A DNA stretch of 64,000 nucleotides from the human T2T-CHM13v2.0 reference genome, Homo sapiens. Both the position numbers and the translations under genes were made by a program. Location of the stretch: assembly GCF_009914755.1 (NCBI RefSeq), contig NC_060940.1; one strand, given 5' to 3'. Below, in pieces: positions 27,183-42,148 of this stretch. Below the pieces are notes generated by a model that saw only the letters and a list, made by a program, of their open reading frames with translations, had not been told where the DNA came from and made no database searches. Position 1 is the stretch's first letter. Each line of letters begins with the position of its first letter.

Positions 27183-27814
27183 AAAGCTAAGATGGAGCAC
27201 TTCAGATTGGTGTCACTCAGATGGAAAATGAATGCAGGCATTTTAGAAAGATTTTCAACTTAGGAATAAAGGCACCCTTCTTTTTTATAGCACCAAGAAA
27301 GACCAAAAAACAAAATTTAATTAGCCAGAAAGTTCTTTCCTCAAAACATTTACTTAGTTCTTTCACTTTTGTAGCAGATGAGTCATATCAGTCATACCCA
27401 GGTATTGGACGATTCAGACATTATGTTTTCGCATTGTTTCATTTGGAAAAGGACCGACCCTATAGGCCTTTCCGGAATGTGGGATTGATAAACACTAATC
27501 AATACTCCCTTAGCAAGTGGTGCATGCCTCTTTTCATTCCAAATTTCTGGAGATAAATATTTGGATTATAACTCTCATCTGAATGTTTGAAGCTGCTCCC
27601 AGCACTCTATTGTCCTTTTCATTTTTCTGTCTTAGCCAAGCAGGGGAATGTACCTGTTGAGATTCAGCCATTATGCCTTTGGAACCTGGCATTTTTCAGG
27701 AGGAGCCATGCACCACTATCACGGGGGCAAAGAGCACTAGGCAAGGCTGGCAGAGTATTCTCATAGCCTCAGTTAATTGTTTTAGGAGCAGGTCAGTCAC
27801 ACCACCGTGGGTAT

Positions 27815-28190
27815 TCAAACTGGAAGGAACCTTACAAAGAACTCAGTCTAGTAATTTCCATAGTATGTTCCCTGAGGCCCTAGAGTTCTACCGAGTGAAC
27901 TGAGGGTCCCCAGAAGGTGGGGGAAAACTAAACTAGAAGAAGCACTCTGTTTTCACTAGAGAAGTTCCTCTTTGATTTGTCCTGTATAATGCAATTTTAT
28001 ATAAAGTTTGGCCTGAAATGAAGTATTTTGCAGAAATAATTGGAAGGAAAATGTTGCTGGTTCAAATAAACTATTTTACAGATGAGGAAAGTGAAGCTCA
28101 GGGTTCTTACCTGTTTTGCCAAAGATTACACAGGTTTTAAAGATGTGAAGCTGGATTCTGGATCCCTAACTCTTGTCCAGCCTTCTCTCC
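27815..28190 (-). mobile_element. MIR (MIRc/MIR3-like), probably interrupted by a hAT MITE (MER102-like, ~27850-28058)
   Basis: aactggaaggaaccttacaaagaactcagtctag ... attttacagatgaggaaagtgaagctcag. Confidence 0.55.
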
Positions 28191-29655
28191 AAAGCTGTTA
28201 TCATTTTCCTGCTCTGCAAACCTTTGATGGAGTTGGTGAAGAGTCATGTTTTCACGGTCACTGCCTGGTCCAATACAACTAACAAACAAACTGGTGGCTT
28301 TGTGGTTGCCAAAGTTTTTCTTTCCTGTTGCTACTCCCCTTCTGTGTTGAAAGGCAAATTTGCCTAGGATATTTACAAAGCCTCATGGAAATATTCAGAA
28401 TCGGCAAAAGACTCGTGTCCATATTTGGGGATGCTTCTCGAATTGTGGGATCCAGAGAGGATAGAAAATTTGTGTCCCAGGGAAGAAAAATAAGAGCAAT
28501 ACGTTGTCAGATTTGTGCAGCCTCACGGCGATCCACACCTGCCCCTATTCACTAGAGATTTTCATCCTGCCTCTGTGGCATGTGTTCAGCAAGTCAGGAT
28601 ATGTTTTAAATGGGTCTGCTGTCTTTCCACCAATCCAGTGACAGATATGAACGAATAATATAAATTCTCTACCCATTCCTTGGCATTTATTTCAATGTAA
28701 GTGTATTTTTTTCCCCAAGAATAAAGCCCAATAGTAATTTATCAAGAAACAAATCATTTTTTCTTGGCAGTGAAGTCTGCAAAATTCCCATTTTTAGGGC
28801 CTTAAATCTCCCTATTTTGACAGGAGTAAGAAAGCATTAGAAGCTTTGATTTCACTGGATCATACAAAATAGTTTCTCATAATTATCCTTTTGGATGATA
28901 TATGTGTGTCTTTTCCCCCTTCTTATTAAACCCGAGGTCTCCATTTTTCAGCCAGCTGTATTACTAAATTAAATTGCCTTTTGTTGTATTCAAGTTAAGC
29001 ACTTTGCCGAAAGCTTTTCTTGTTCAGGAAAATAACATTTACCCAATATGTGCCCATGTTTTAATGTTGGAATTTACTGTTCACGATTGTTTAGTTTGCC
29101 AGGTAATTTGAGGATATTGTTTGTTTTAATAGGAATAATGAATCACTGTAATTTAGTACAGTATCTTGAAGTACAGTATCAAGGAGGTAGGAAGGGGAAT
29201 ATTGAGGACCCATCACATGGAGAAAATGATTTTTCACACTGCAAAAGCAGATGGGGAAAAGGTTAGAAAAAGTTACTGGAAGACATAAACGGCTGTGAGG
29301 ATGTTCTATGGTCTTGCCTGCTTTTCTCAAGTGGAAAACAATCTAGGAACAGGGTAGGTTAGGGTTGAACTTGTCTAGTTTGCTGCTTGTCAAGGTTTTG
29401 GAGATCTTCGTAATGAAATTATCTCCTTCCCCTGCCTCCACTCAACAAATTGGGTTCTGTTCTGAAGTCTCTATTAATGTGGATTTAGAAGTCCTGAGTT
29501 CGAGCCCAGACACCACCATTTATGAGGACATGAGCTTGTCATTTCTTTTCTCAGGGTCTTAGTACCCGCATCATAAACTAAGGGTAATGATGGCAGCCAT
29601 ACTCATGCCACATGGTTCTTGTGAGAAACAGAATATGCATGTATGCAACCAAGAA

Positions 29656-30749
<1,094 letters not shown>

Positions 30750-30780
30750 AGAGCGTCCACTTGAATGTAAGGGACCACCA

Positions 30781-31071
30781 TTTTTTTCTTTTTTTCGACG
30801 GAGTCTCGCTCTGTTGCCTAGGCTGGAGTGCAGTGGCATGATCTCGGCTCACTGCAACCTCCTCCCGAGTTCACGCCATTCTCCTGCCTCAGCCTCCTGA
30901 GTAGCTGAGAATACAGGTGCCCACCACCACGCCTGGCTAATTTTTTGTGTTTTTGGTAGAGAAGGGGTTTCACCGTGTTAGCCAGGATGGTCTCGATCTC
31001 CTGACCTCGTGATCCGTCGCCTTGGCCTCCCAAAGTGCTGGGATTACAGGCGTGAGCCACTGGGCCTGGCC
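30781..31071 (-). mobile_element. AluY
   Basis: Diagnostics gttcacgccattctcc and ccgtgttagccaggatggtctcgatctcctgacctcgtg. Confidence 0.93.
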
Positions 31072-31429
31072 CATGATTTTTAACATTATTAGCCTCCATA
31101 TCGGATACCCCCAAGGCAAGAGAGGAGGGCCTCTGTCTGAAGCCTCAGTTTCTTTATCTACATGTATAAAGAAGAAGCTAAACTAGATGACTTCACATTT
31201 CCTCCACATTTGATTTGCTCTGACACAGTGATGGCATAAATTTCTTTAGGAAACTATTCTGATGATCAACTACCCTTGTCATCTCTCCTTCCTCTCCTGA
31301 GAATGTGTGGTCAGTACCTTTAGAACATTAGAAACGAATCGCTGTGTCTCAAAGATGCCCCAACAGTCTCCTGTGTGAGGGGAAAATGAGTCCCTTGGTA
31401 TTCTTTGATTATTTGGCTCTCTGTCTTTA

Positions 31430-32200
31430 TTGTGTGGGAGTCAGATGAACCTGGGTTCAAATTCCAGTTCTGCCACTTACTAGCTGATGAAACTGGGTAA
31501 ATCAGTTAAGCCCTCTGAGGTTGAATGTGTTCTATGATAAAAAAGATATGGACTTCTTAAGACTCCCAGACCTAGGGCATCAAGTTTAAATTAAGCTTTT
31601 TGAATTTATGTAAAATGCAAGCTCTCCACACTATGAGTCGTGGAATTTCATCTCTTTCTGCCTTTAAAGAAGCTCTTTAAAGAAGATGAGTCACTCAATG
31701 AATTCACGAGGCCTTAACATCAAAGATGTCTGCTTTGCGTGTAGAGCAGAAAAACTTAAGTAGTGGTCAAGATAATGGGATATGCAGTTTTAAAAAGAAT
31801 ACCTAATATTGAATCCTAGGTTTATTACAGTATGACAAAGACACCTCAACTTCTTAGTTCCATTTGTCTATTTTTAAATGGCTATAAATAGTAGGTATCT
31901 CATAGACTACTATGTGAACTACATGATGTAATATCTATAATTCTCCCAGCCTAGTGTAGCACCTGGTAGTCTCAATGAATGGTTACTACTAACAGGTGAA
32001 GCAAAGGCATGTAATAATTTACACTGGGCTTTGGAGCCAAGCAGGGCTGAGTCTGAATCTCACCTATGCTGTGGGACTAAGACAAATAACTTAGAATCAC
32101 AGTTCCTTTTCTAAACCTAAAAAAAAGAAAATGACAATAATATGCTATCATGTGGATTTGTAAAGACTAAATGTGATAACACAAAACAAATGCTTACAAT
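31430..32200 (+). mobile_element. Cluster of three MIR fragments (~31430-31560, 31760-31990, 32005-32200)
   Basis: ggagtcagatgaacctgggttcaaattccagttctgccacttactagctg; ctgggctttggagccaagcagggctgagtctgaatc. Confidence 0.7.
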
Positions 32201-32399
32201 GGGCCATCCAGGGACTCTCTGATACTCTTTCTAGCCCAGAAGGCAAAGTGGGTTAAGGCTGTCAAGCCAGGGCCAGAGGCGCAGAGACTGGCTCTCACCT
32301 CCACCTGCAAAGAATAAGCTGAGGGCAAGAGTCATACGGGATCACTTCTGGAGGGAGCGCTGGGTCAACCATAGCAGGCTTTCTTTCAGCACAGTAGAA

Positions 32400-33400
32400 G
32401 AAAGGCAGAAAATCAATGGCCTATACTTCTACATCAAGAAGTCAGAAAAGGGAGAGGAAATTAAATACAAAAGAAGCAGAAGAAACTTAAAAAAAAAGAA
32501 AAAAATTAAGCAATCAGTAAAATAGAAAACATTAAAAAAAAGAAAATCAACACAACCCAAAATTGAGCTTTGAAAGAGATAATAAAAATGGATAATCCTC
32601 TAGCAAGTCCGATCAAGCATAAAAAGAAAACACAAATTATCAATATTAAGAATTTTAAAAGGGAAAACTAAATGAAAAACCAAAAACGAGAATCCAACAT
32701 AAGACAAAAGAAACTCATTTACTTAATTTTTTAGAAAAAAAACTTTTAAAATCATGATTGGATTAAAGAAGGGCACATGAAAATCCATGGAATTGAATCA
32801 AATCACTAAAGAGAAAATATATAAACTTAAATGAATTTATTACGATAACAAAGAAGATTGAAAATAGTTTGAATAATTTCTAATTCAGGAAGGTAGAAAA
32901 AGAAGCAAAAAAGAGAAATCTTTTAGGAAATATAAGAATAAAATGTTTTAAATTAAAAATTAATAAAATTGAAAACAAAAAAATTTTTTGATCATAAAAG
33001 TAAAAATGTTGGTTTTCTAAAAAGGCCACAGGCTAGGCAAGCATTTGGACCCTGACTCAGGAATAGAGGGAGAGTTTTACAAAAGTAATCATGAAAAACA
33101 AAAAAAAGAAACCCTACACGCGTCTAAAGGGAAACAATATTAAGAGAATACTGCGAATAACTATACATAAACAAAATTTAAATATATAAAAGCATTTGCT
33201 TTAAAATTATAAATGACCAAGATTGCCCTAGAAGGAAAAAAAAATTAACAGCACAAAATTTAAGTAGCTGTCAAAGACCTACTCCTTAAAAATAAAGAAA
33301 CAAACAAAACAAAGCAACAAACAAACAAAGCAACAACAACAAAAAAACACAAGGCCCTGTCAGTATTCAGGTCACTATTCTTTTCCCTTCAAAAATGCAC
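32400..33400 (+). mobile_element. Old L1M ORF2 fragments
   Basis: aaaatcaatggcctatacttctacatcaagaag; ttgagctttgaaagagataataaaaatggataatcctctagcaag; very A-rich. Confidence 0.7.
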
Positions 33401-33959
33401 ATAAATTTCACATTCTGCTTCATAATAGAAACAGCTGATTAAACAGTTTGATTAGATGTAAAACGATCTTTTAAACTATTTAATTTATATACAATTAGTC
33501 ATGCTTTAGAAAGATGTATTGAAGTTATTCTGGAGTCCTGCATAGCCTCAGCAAAACACCAATTCTCCTCCATGAACATGAAGACCCAGCATGATTATCA
33601 TGACGTATAGAAGATATTGGGGACTTTCAGCCCCTCAAGCCTTGCTAAGTCCTCACTAAGTTTCCTAGAAGGGCATTCTGGTCTTCACACCACAAAGTAT
33701 GCGTGCCAGGCATGTGAATTCACCTGTGCAGGACATGGTAAACAGAGCGGAGTCATGCTCCTGTTTGTCCTGATGAATCCAATAAATGGATGTTGATGCA
33801 ACACTCTATATTAGCAAGGTGATTTTTAAAAAAGGACTGTTTCTCTAGAATTCTGCAGGAAGAGGTGCCCATTGACTCTCACCAGCATGAAACCCACATT
33901 GGGCATGCCAGCCTTCCACATCTCATTAGCAGGCTTGGCCAGTGCTGGGAAAGGTGTTT

Positions 33960-34170
33960 GATCAATGCTGTATGTGGTATTGTTCATGAATGTGGCTGGG
34001 TGTGCAAATGTGTGATTTCGTTTGCCATGTACAATGGAGGAGTTTGTGGGCACGTGGTGTATATCCATGTGTATTTATGTTGGTGCATGTATAACATGGT
34101 TTATGCATGTGTGTATTCATATGTATGCATGTAGTGTTCCTGTTTGTGTACGTGCACATGTGTGTGTTTG
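33960..34170. repeat. Degenerate (TG)n-rich low-complexity tract
   Basis: Many tgtg/tatg/catg units. Confidence 0.75.
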
Positions 34171-34987
34171 TAACAGGTGCACAGGCTTAGCAGAAGTCCA
34201 GTTATTCCAGATCAATGCTCAGCGGTCCCATCACTAACAGGGTGCCTGCCTTTCTTCCCATCACTCTCTCAGGGGCTGTGGCTGTCTCTTTGTCCTGATG
34301 GTGATAGATAAGTCCTCCGAGAACATTTTTCACAGCCTCCGTGAAAGCAATGGAATAATCTGCACCAAACTGCGGGAAAAATGGGCTCCTCTTCACATAC
34401 GGTGGTTTCCTCAAGCTGATAAGCTGGCACTCAGGGGTGTTGACTTAAAAATCAGCAGATTTTTATATTTCACGATGTGTTTGAGCTTTATCAATGTCTG
34501 CTCACCCTTTGTTCTTGAGGTTTTATTACACTTGCCATCAGTTCTGACAGCCTAAACAGAACATGATCCGGACAGTTTATTCTTTAAATGAATGATCCTT
34601 ACATCTTCTGACATCCTTTTACATTCTCCCTGAAATGTGCTCTTCAACATCTGGCAGAGTCCGTTGTAGCTGCCAGAACTTTCTTAATTCAATAATCAAA
34701 ACAGGTGCCAAAGAAGTAAATCTATGACTGTCAATTTTGCAAGTCCTGCTCTTCCTTTCCACCTACCTAAATTGTTTGAAAATGAATGTCAGCTCCCTGC
34801 TCAGCCTATTAGAGGCTTCAGGAAAAAAGGGGGAGGAGGACCCCCACCACCCCAACCGTGATGCTCAGAGAGAATATTTTAAAACTTCTTCTAGAAACGA
34901 AGCTTGGTTTTATTCTGTTTTTTGTTTAGAATGAAGAAAGGTTAGGCAGGGCTCACAGAAGAAGTCCATTTTTATTTCCTACAAGAC

Positions 34988-35172
34988 TGTGATTCTCAGG
35001 GCATGTTGGAAGATTTCCCTGCATCAGAATTACCTGAAAATCTTTAAAATTATATATTTCCCAGTCTTGACACAGATGCACTGATTCAAAACCTGGGGTG
35101 GGAGAGCAAAAATGTGCATTTTTAACCAGCCCCCTGGGTGATTCTAGACCTTGTAAAGTTTAAGGTCAACTG
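34988..35172 (+). mobile_element. MER5A/B hAT-Charlie
   Basis: gcatcagaattacctg...tgcatttttaaccagccccctgggtgattct...aaagtttaagg. Confidence 0.75.
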
Positions 35173-35544
35173 ATCTAAACATTTTTACCCAAAAAAAAGA
35201 AATAAACAAAAATCTAAGAGGGGTCACTTAAAAAAGGCAATTCAATTTAGTCTCTCCTTCTCTCCCCCTTTGAGGAATGTAAAACAGTCAAGTGAGTTGA
35301 TTTAAAATGAGGATTGGGGGCCATAAAACTTTATTCAGTAAAGACAATAAATCCTGAAAAATAAATTCCAGTTTTATTTTATGTTCAGTTAGGGAGTGAG
35401 TGAAAGAAAAAGGGAAACGGTGAAGAAGGAAAGAAAAAAAGGAGAGAATAAGAACAGGGGAACTAGCTTTTTTGAATAATTTTTATGTAATAGAAATTAC
35501 AGGCACTGTTCTAAACATTTTATATAGGTTATCAAGTTTTATCC

Positions 35545-35730
35545 AAGGATGAGAAAGAGAGAGACAGAAATGAGGAAAAATGGAGAAGAAAGATAGTATA
35601 CGACAAACAGATATAGACAAAGAAAGGGACAGACAGAGAGAGAAAAACAAAGTTACAGAGTCAGAGAAAAATGCACAGAGATACCCAGAGAGATACAGAG
35701 AGAAAATGAGAACCACAGAGACACAGGGAA
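35545..35730. repeat. GA-rich low-complexity tract
   Basis: Degenerate (GAGACA/GA)n. Confidence 0.8.
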
Positions 35731-35741
35731 AAAGTTAAATA

Positions 35742-36666
35742 CTGAATTCGTTTGCTAGGTCTGCCATAATAAAGATTCACAAACTGGTGGCTTAAACAAC
35801 AGAAATTCATTTTGTCATAGTTCTGGAAGCTAGAAGGTGTTGGCAGGGTTGGTTTCTTCTGAGGCCCGTCTCCTTGGTTTGTAAATAGCCATATTCCCCT
35901 TGTGTCTCACATGTTCTTCCCCCTGTATATGCCTGTGTCCAAATTTTCTCCTCATCAGGACATCAGTTATATATTATCCGTGGAGGGTCTTGACTTCAAG
36001 TCATTCAGGTTCTTGGCATTTTGAACAAAGAATTGGACAAAACACACAAACAAAGCAATGAAAGCACAGATTTATTGAAATGAAAATACACTCTACAGAG
36101 TGGGAGCAGGCTTGAGCGAGCAGTGGTTACAGAATTTCCTGGGGTTGAAATACCCACTAGAAGTTTCCCATTGGTTACTTGCTTTGTACCCTATGTAAAT
36201 GAAGAGGTGGCCCACAAAAGAAGTGGTAAAAGGCAACCAATCAGAGGCAGAAGTGAAGTTACAAAGTTACACCTCTATGCAAATGAAAACTACGCCTGTC
36301 ACCAGCAATTGGTTGCAAGAGGGGATGAATCAGAGATACTTTCCTTTTCTCATCTGCAATGCAGAAGGTGGAGGGGGGTGGTGCAATGGGGGAAACCTCT
36401 GTCCTCTTGTTACTGGGGCATGATTATATTTTATTTAGTTCTAGGAAGTCAATGTAGACTATTACAAAGAATAATGTAAAGCCTTAGGTTCTCTGCCTCC
36501 AGACCCTATACTACTACCTGAGTACTGGATAAGAGCCCATCCCAGTGACCTCACTTTAATTTCATTAACTGTAAAAACCCTGTCTCCAAATACAGTCACA
36601 TTCTGGGGTACTGAGGGTTAGAACGTTAGCATATGAATTTTGGAGAGCAAAATTTATTCCTTAACA
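35742..36666 (-). mobile_element. MLT1A0-like LTR split by an ERV1 LTR
   Basis: ggtggcttaaacaacagaaattcatt...ggacatcagttata | ggataagagccca...tctccaaatacagtcacattctggggtactgagggttag. Confidence 0.85.
35972..36521 (-). mobile_element. ERV1 solo LTR (LTR19-like; family name uncertain)
   Basis: gtggagggtcttgac...aggttcttggcattttgaacaaagaattggacaaaac...tttattg...ctgcctccagaccctat. Confidence 0.75.
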
Positions 36667-37189
36667 GATACCAAGAAACAGAAGAAAAGATAGACCAAAC
36701 TAAGGGATTGAGATAAGACTACTCAAAGAGGGAAAGATAGGAGGAGAGGCAGACCTGAAAGGAGAATCCTTGAATAAATTTTGAAGTCACTCTTAGTTGG
36801 GATCCCACTCTTTCGTCTGCTTAAGCAAAAGATTTCACAGTGTGAAACAATTTTGCTTCAAAGCAGTCCTAAAGAACTCCCTATTCTTTTGAAATTTACC
36901 TTCGAGTTATAATATTTTCAGTGATTTATAGGAGATTTCCTGTAGCACCACACACAATGAATATTTAGAGGTTTTTCAGACAGTGTGTAATAGGGCCACT
37001 AATATTATATTATTAATAAGCCTCCAGTGTAGAAAAAAAGAAAATCTGTACCTGTTTTCCATTTTCTAGAGTTAGAGGAAAAAGAACAATAACTGAAAAT
37101 CCTAAGGAATTCTTCCACTTCCTAGACATGTAAGCACAAATTTGGAATGCTGGGTAGAAGACTCCCCAACAGGTAAGAAAGTGTCATGC

Positions 37190-37345
37190 AGTAATTATTA
37201 AACATTTATGTGTACAAGAATCTTCTGAGGAGTTTACTAGAAATGTAGTTTGGTGTTAGACATCCTTAATGAATAAAAATACTGTAGTGTGTGTTATTCT
37301 GCATTTTTAGTAGCAATCCAGGGTATTTGTACCAGTGGTCACCAA
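37190..37345. mobile_element. MER5-like fragment
   Basis: aaacatttatgtgtacaagaatc...tctgcatttttagtagc...tgttgagaaac. Confidence 0.5.
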
Positions 37346-37371
37346 ATAAAATGTTGAGAAACCCAAGATAA

Positions 37372-37968
37372 ATAGAATGAAAAGGCAACCTACAAATTTT
37401 TTTAAAAATTGCAAACTATATGTTTCATAAAATGTTAATCTAAAGAATATACGAGAACCTCCTATAACTCAATAGGAAAAAAAAAACCCAAAAACTAACA
37501 ACCAGATTTTAGAATTAAGGACTTGAATAGACATTTGTCCGAAGAAGACAGACATACAAATAGCCAGCAGGTATATGAAAGGAGGTTCAGTGTGACTAAT
37601 CGTTAGGAAAATGCAAATCAAAACCACAGTGAGAAACCTCACACCTTTCAGGATGACTATTAGAAAGAAAAAGATAAATGTTGGTGATAATATAGAGAAG
37701 TTGGAGTTCTTGCACACTGTTGGTTGGAATTCAAAATGGTACAACTGTGAAATGGTAGTTACAGGGCTGGCAAGAGGAATAAATGGGGGATTATTAATCA
37801 GCAGACACAGAGATTTCAGTCAAGCCAGAGGAAAAAGCTCTAGAAATCTGTTGAACAACATTCTACCTATAAACCTTAATACTTAACAATGAATACTTAA
37901 AAATGTAAGAGGGTAGATGTCCTGTTAAGTGTTCTTACCACAGTAAAATAAAATTAAACAAAAATAAA
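37372..37968 (+). mobile_element. L1MA/L1MB 3' end with internal deletion
   Basis: aatgaaaaggcaacctaca...atgcaaatcaaaaccacagtgaga...agagggtagatgtcctgttaagtgttcttaccac. Confidence 0.85.
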
Positions 37969-38929
37969 TATAGGAATGCTGGAAAGGCTGAGAGCTTGGG
38001 GATTGGTCAGACTTTGACTCTGACAGTCATCATCCCTGTAACTCAGTGACTCCTGCTCAGTTCCTTATCTGCACCGTGGGGATATGGATGTGGCTCAAAG
38101 GACTGTTGAAATGATTATATAAAACTGAGTAAAACGAGGTGCTTAGCACACAGACACACAGTAAATACAAGACACTCTAAAATTCTAATAAATTAATGCA
38201 CCTGCCCACTACAACCCTTGTTCAATCAGACATTTTATTTAAAACATATAATAAAATCATATTACCTTTTTGTGCCCTAATGTAAATGCTGAAAAAAAAA
38301 AACAATTTTTAAAAAATTATATGGCCTTCATTTTATACAGACCAAAAAAGAAAACCTCATGAGTGGAATTTTCCAAGACCAGAGTCCACTCTTCTAGTTG
38401 ACATGTGAGTTGCTCTGAGCCATGTCCTCTCCCAGAATATCCACACATAGACCCATCCATGTCATGCAGGCAGACTGCATGTCCTCTCTGCTACTCACTT
38501 AGGACCATAGTTCATGATTTATTTTCTTTGTACTCCCAGGAAGTCAGCCGGCAGTCTTTGGGTTCCCTTCCTTGTCTCCATGTTGTGTTATGAATCAATA
38601 TATTCATATTTGATTTAAAATTCATCGTGCTTGTGGCATTCTTCTAGTAATGCAGTGCTGCACAAGGAGTGGAATTATACTTCACTGTTCTTCTCTAAAG
38701 CACAGATTTCAGAATAATAGTTAAGGACTTTGAGAAACATCTCATGACACTAGGGTTCTGTGTTCAAATGTTCAAGAGAAGAGGATATTTAGAAAAGTTA
38801 CAGTAGATTGGTGGAGTTTCATTCAAGTCACCAATTGTCAGGAAAATCACCAATGACACATTGCTACTCTCATTACTTTAAGTAGCTGTCACTATTGTCA
38901 GTATTTATTACCATTCCTACTATTATTGC

Positions 38930-39195
38930 TGCTACTATAGTAATAACTATTAATATTAGTAATCTCAAAAATAATAGTGAACATTAACATGTGCTTCCTA
39001 CATGTCAAGCACTGCATTGATTGCTTTGTCCATATTCTCCTTGTTGAGTCCTCAAAATAAAATTAGGAACTGCTTCTATTTCTCTGATGGAAAATGGAGG
39101 GTGAAAGAAGGTGGATAACTTGACCGTAGGTCACAGAGCTAAGAAAGTGTTGGATTTCCAATCCAGGTTTGCCTGACTTCCATTGCACTAGCTCT
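38930..39195 (-). mobile_element. MIR
   Basis: ataacttgaccgtaggtcacagagctaagaaagtg...tccaggtttgcctgact. Confidence 0.75.
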
Positions 39196-39514
39196 CTTAC
39201 AATGCCTGGAGTGGGAGCACCCTCTTTCACATTAAAAACTAGGCAGACTGTCATGTACTAGTAGTTGCACTTTTAGTGTCTGTCAGTTCAGAAGATTCAC
39301 AGTCCCAGAAAGCTACTGTGAATTCTGAACATGTGTAAATGACTTTGCATTTTGCTAATCATAGCAACATCTGTATACACCTATCCACGTGGCATGTTTA
39401 CTAGAGCCAAATCATCACTGTAATGGCTGCAGATGAATTCAGGGAAATGTTTCCATGATGCCAAAGCCTTCAGCTTCAAATGGGCAAAAGGATGCTGTAG
39501 CCAGGGATAGACTT

Positions 39515-39745
39515 TTTAAACTTTATTCAGGCATATTTGGCAATTAAAAATTGTATATATTTAAAGTGTACAATTTGATGATTTGATACGCATATACAAG
39601 CTAAATAACTTGTTTGTTACCTCAAATAGTTACCATTTCCATGTGAATGTCTCACGCACACACACACAAGCACACACACTCTTAAGATCTACCCTTTTTG
39701 CAAATTTCAAGCATGCAGTAAAGTTTTGTTAACTGCAATCACTAG
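39515..39745 (-). mobile_element. L1MA/MB 3' end
   Basis: aaaattgtatatatttaaagtgtacaatttgatg...cttaagatctaccc...caaatttcaag. Confidence 0.75.
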
Positions 39746-39983
39746 AATTCAGCTAATACAACTCCCCTGGTGCCATTGGAGCAGACTGAACCAGAGAGGT
39801 GAAGGCCATGAAATAAATTAATGGCAGAGAAGAGTCTGGAAGTCAGTCTCCTGATTCCTAATTCAACACTCTTTCTAGTATTATCACAAATGATCAAATC
39901 TTACATGCGTGTTTCAGGATCCTAACTACTCAGTGTCCTCTTCTGTGCCTGTCCCATGGGGTTGCTATGATTATTACTAAGGG

Positions 39984-40200
39984 CAGAGGTCAAAACAAAA
40001 GCTATAGCCCAAAGGCCAAATCCAGCCTGCCACCTGTTTCGTAAATGAAATTTTATTGGAACACAGCCACGCCCATCCACTTATAAGCTGTCTATGGCTG
40101 CTTTCCCACTACAATGTCAAGGTTGAGTAGTTGCTACAAAGACCAAGTGGCATCCGAAGCTGGAAATATTTTAGATTTAGCCCTTTGCAGAAAGTTTAAT
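39984..40200 (-). mobile_element. MER58A
   Basis: ggccaaatccagcctgccacctgtt...ttttattggaacacagccacgcccat. Confidence 0.85.
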
Positions 40201-40849
40201 GAGCAGTGATGAAAGGTGCTGTGAGAAAAATTGCGTTTGCATCCCCTGATCTGCCAGCAAACACTCCAGAATGTGTGGGGACCTTGTTGCATTAGATATT
40301 TACAACAAAAAGGTATCCAGAATATCCAAAAACTTGTATGGAGGGGGAAGAAGAAGAATAAAAGTAACCTTTCTGAGAATGGAAAAGTGGGGTTTTCATG
40401 CTGCCAGAGTCCCCTGAAGAAAACTCTTGAGGGTCTTGGGAATCCATAACACCCTCTGAAGAGAAATTGTTATCTTCTTCTCAATGCCTCATCTCCATGA
40501 GTTCCCATAACTTTACCATTCAAGAAACTCTATGTGGTCTATTCATTGCTCTACATGAAATAACAACTACTGAAGTTTCAATAATAAAAGACAGAATACA
40601 TGTGATAGTACCATATAATCCTACAATATCAGGATTTATCCAGACAACATTGGGAAACAAGCCCTGGGAAGATAAGATATGGAAAGAGTCCCTGACTTAG
40701 GGTCAAAGTCTCAGTGTAGAATCTCCGGCAGACCCTTCGCTCCGCTGTGTGACCTTGGATGAGTCACTCAATCTGTCTGAGAGTTCCCAGCTGTGTTGTC
40801 TCTGCCTGGAACAGGATAGCTGGATCAATCCAAGTCTTTCTAGCCTCCC

Positions 40850-41160
40850 ATGGCTGCGTCTTCCTAACTTTCAAGTATAAGCTCAAATTGTACCTCCTCA
40901 GAGAGGCCCTCACTGCCTCCCCGCAATCATCTACTTCTCCGCTGGCCAGTGATCACCTCATACCATCCACGTTATTACATGTTGAGAGTTACCTCGTTTA
41001 CTTGCTTGTTTGTTTTCATTGTCTGCCCCACCTAGAATTTTAGTTCCACAAGGACAAGGACCTTTGTGTTATATGTACCCTAATATCAAAACTTAAAAAT
41101 ATACCTGCCATGTAGTAAGCACTCAAAGAGTACTTGTCAAATGAGTAAGTGAATGAAGGT
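40850..41160 (+). mobile_element. L2 3' end
   Basis: cctcctcagagaggcc...gtagtaagcactcaaagagtacttgtcaaatgagtaagtgaatgaa. Confidence 0.8.
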
Positions 41161-41443
41161 GTGCATTAATGAATTACTTACCTCACTAGACTGTCAGGAA
41201 CATCTTACAAGAGAGTGCTTTGTGAGCTGTTACATGGATATAACCAAGAAATTATTATTTCATCCCAGTGCCCATTTGAGAATTAAATATTCCTACCCAA
41301 GCAAAAGAAATTGGAACCAAAATACTCACTAGATCTTAAATATGACAATATACTGTTCATGTACTATATTTAATCCTTTCCAAGGCTACAGAGATTTCTG
41401 AAAGTGTAAGTCAAGAATTTATATTTATAGGCTTAATACACAT

Positions 41444-41469
41444 GTGTGCACACACACACACACACACAC
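41444..41469. repeat. (CA)n microsatellite
   Basis: Seen directly. Confidence 0.9.
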
Positions 41470-41850
41470 TGGCTTTAGCCTTCACAATTACACTAAATTA
41501 TCTTACCTCTTGTAACCCTTAAGCACGGAGGAGCTAATTGATGGAAGACATCCTCCCCTATCTTGAACACCAGTGTATCTGTCCTTACATAGAACCTGAT
41601 TTGTAGAATGGGAGGAGTTGAACGTGGGCTGAAAGGCAAGCTATATGTTTCTGTGTTTGTGTTCAAAGTTCCTAGAATGGCCATTTCTCCTCTGCATACT
41701 ACATCTGGGCTTCTTTTGCTTGTATCACCCCTTCCCAGCCCTGTTTCCCCTCCCCTAATTCTTACTCATTCACTTCATTTTGGTTAACAGCCCAGTCATC
41801 AGAAATCCCCTTCTGACCTTTACTCCCAGGTGGAGTCAGACTCCTCATTG

Positions 41851-42120
41851 TTTTTTTTTTTAATTTTTTAACTTTTAATTTTTGTGAGTACACAGTAGGT
41901 GTCTGTATTTATGGGATACATGAGATGTTTTGGTACAGGCATGTAATGTGAAATAAGCACATTATGGAGAATGGGGTATCCACATCCACCCCCTCAAACA
42001 TTGATCCTTTGTGTGACAAATAATTCAATTACACTTTTAAAGTCATTACAATTAAGTTATTATCGACTATAGTCATCCTCTTCTGCTATCAAGTAGTCTT
42101 ATTCATTCTTTCTAACTATT
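41851..42120 (-). mobile_element. L1MA (MA2-like) 3' end
   Basis: poly-T then ttttaatttttgtgagtacacagtaggtg...tacatgagatgttttggtacaggcatg. Confidence 0.85.
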
Positions 42121-42148
42121 AGAACCTTCATTATACATAATTTGTCAC

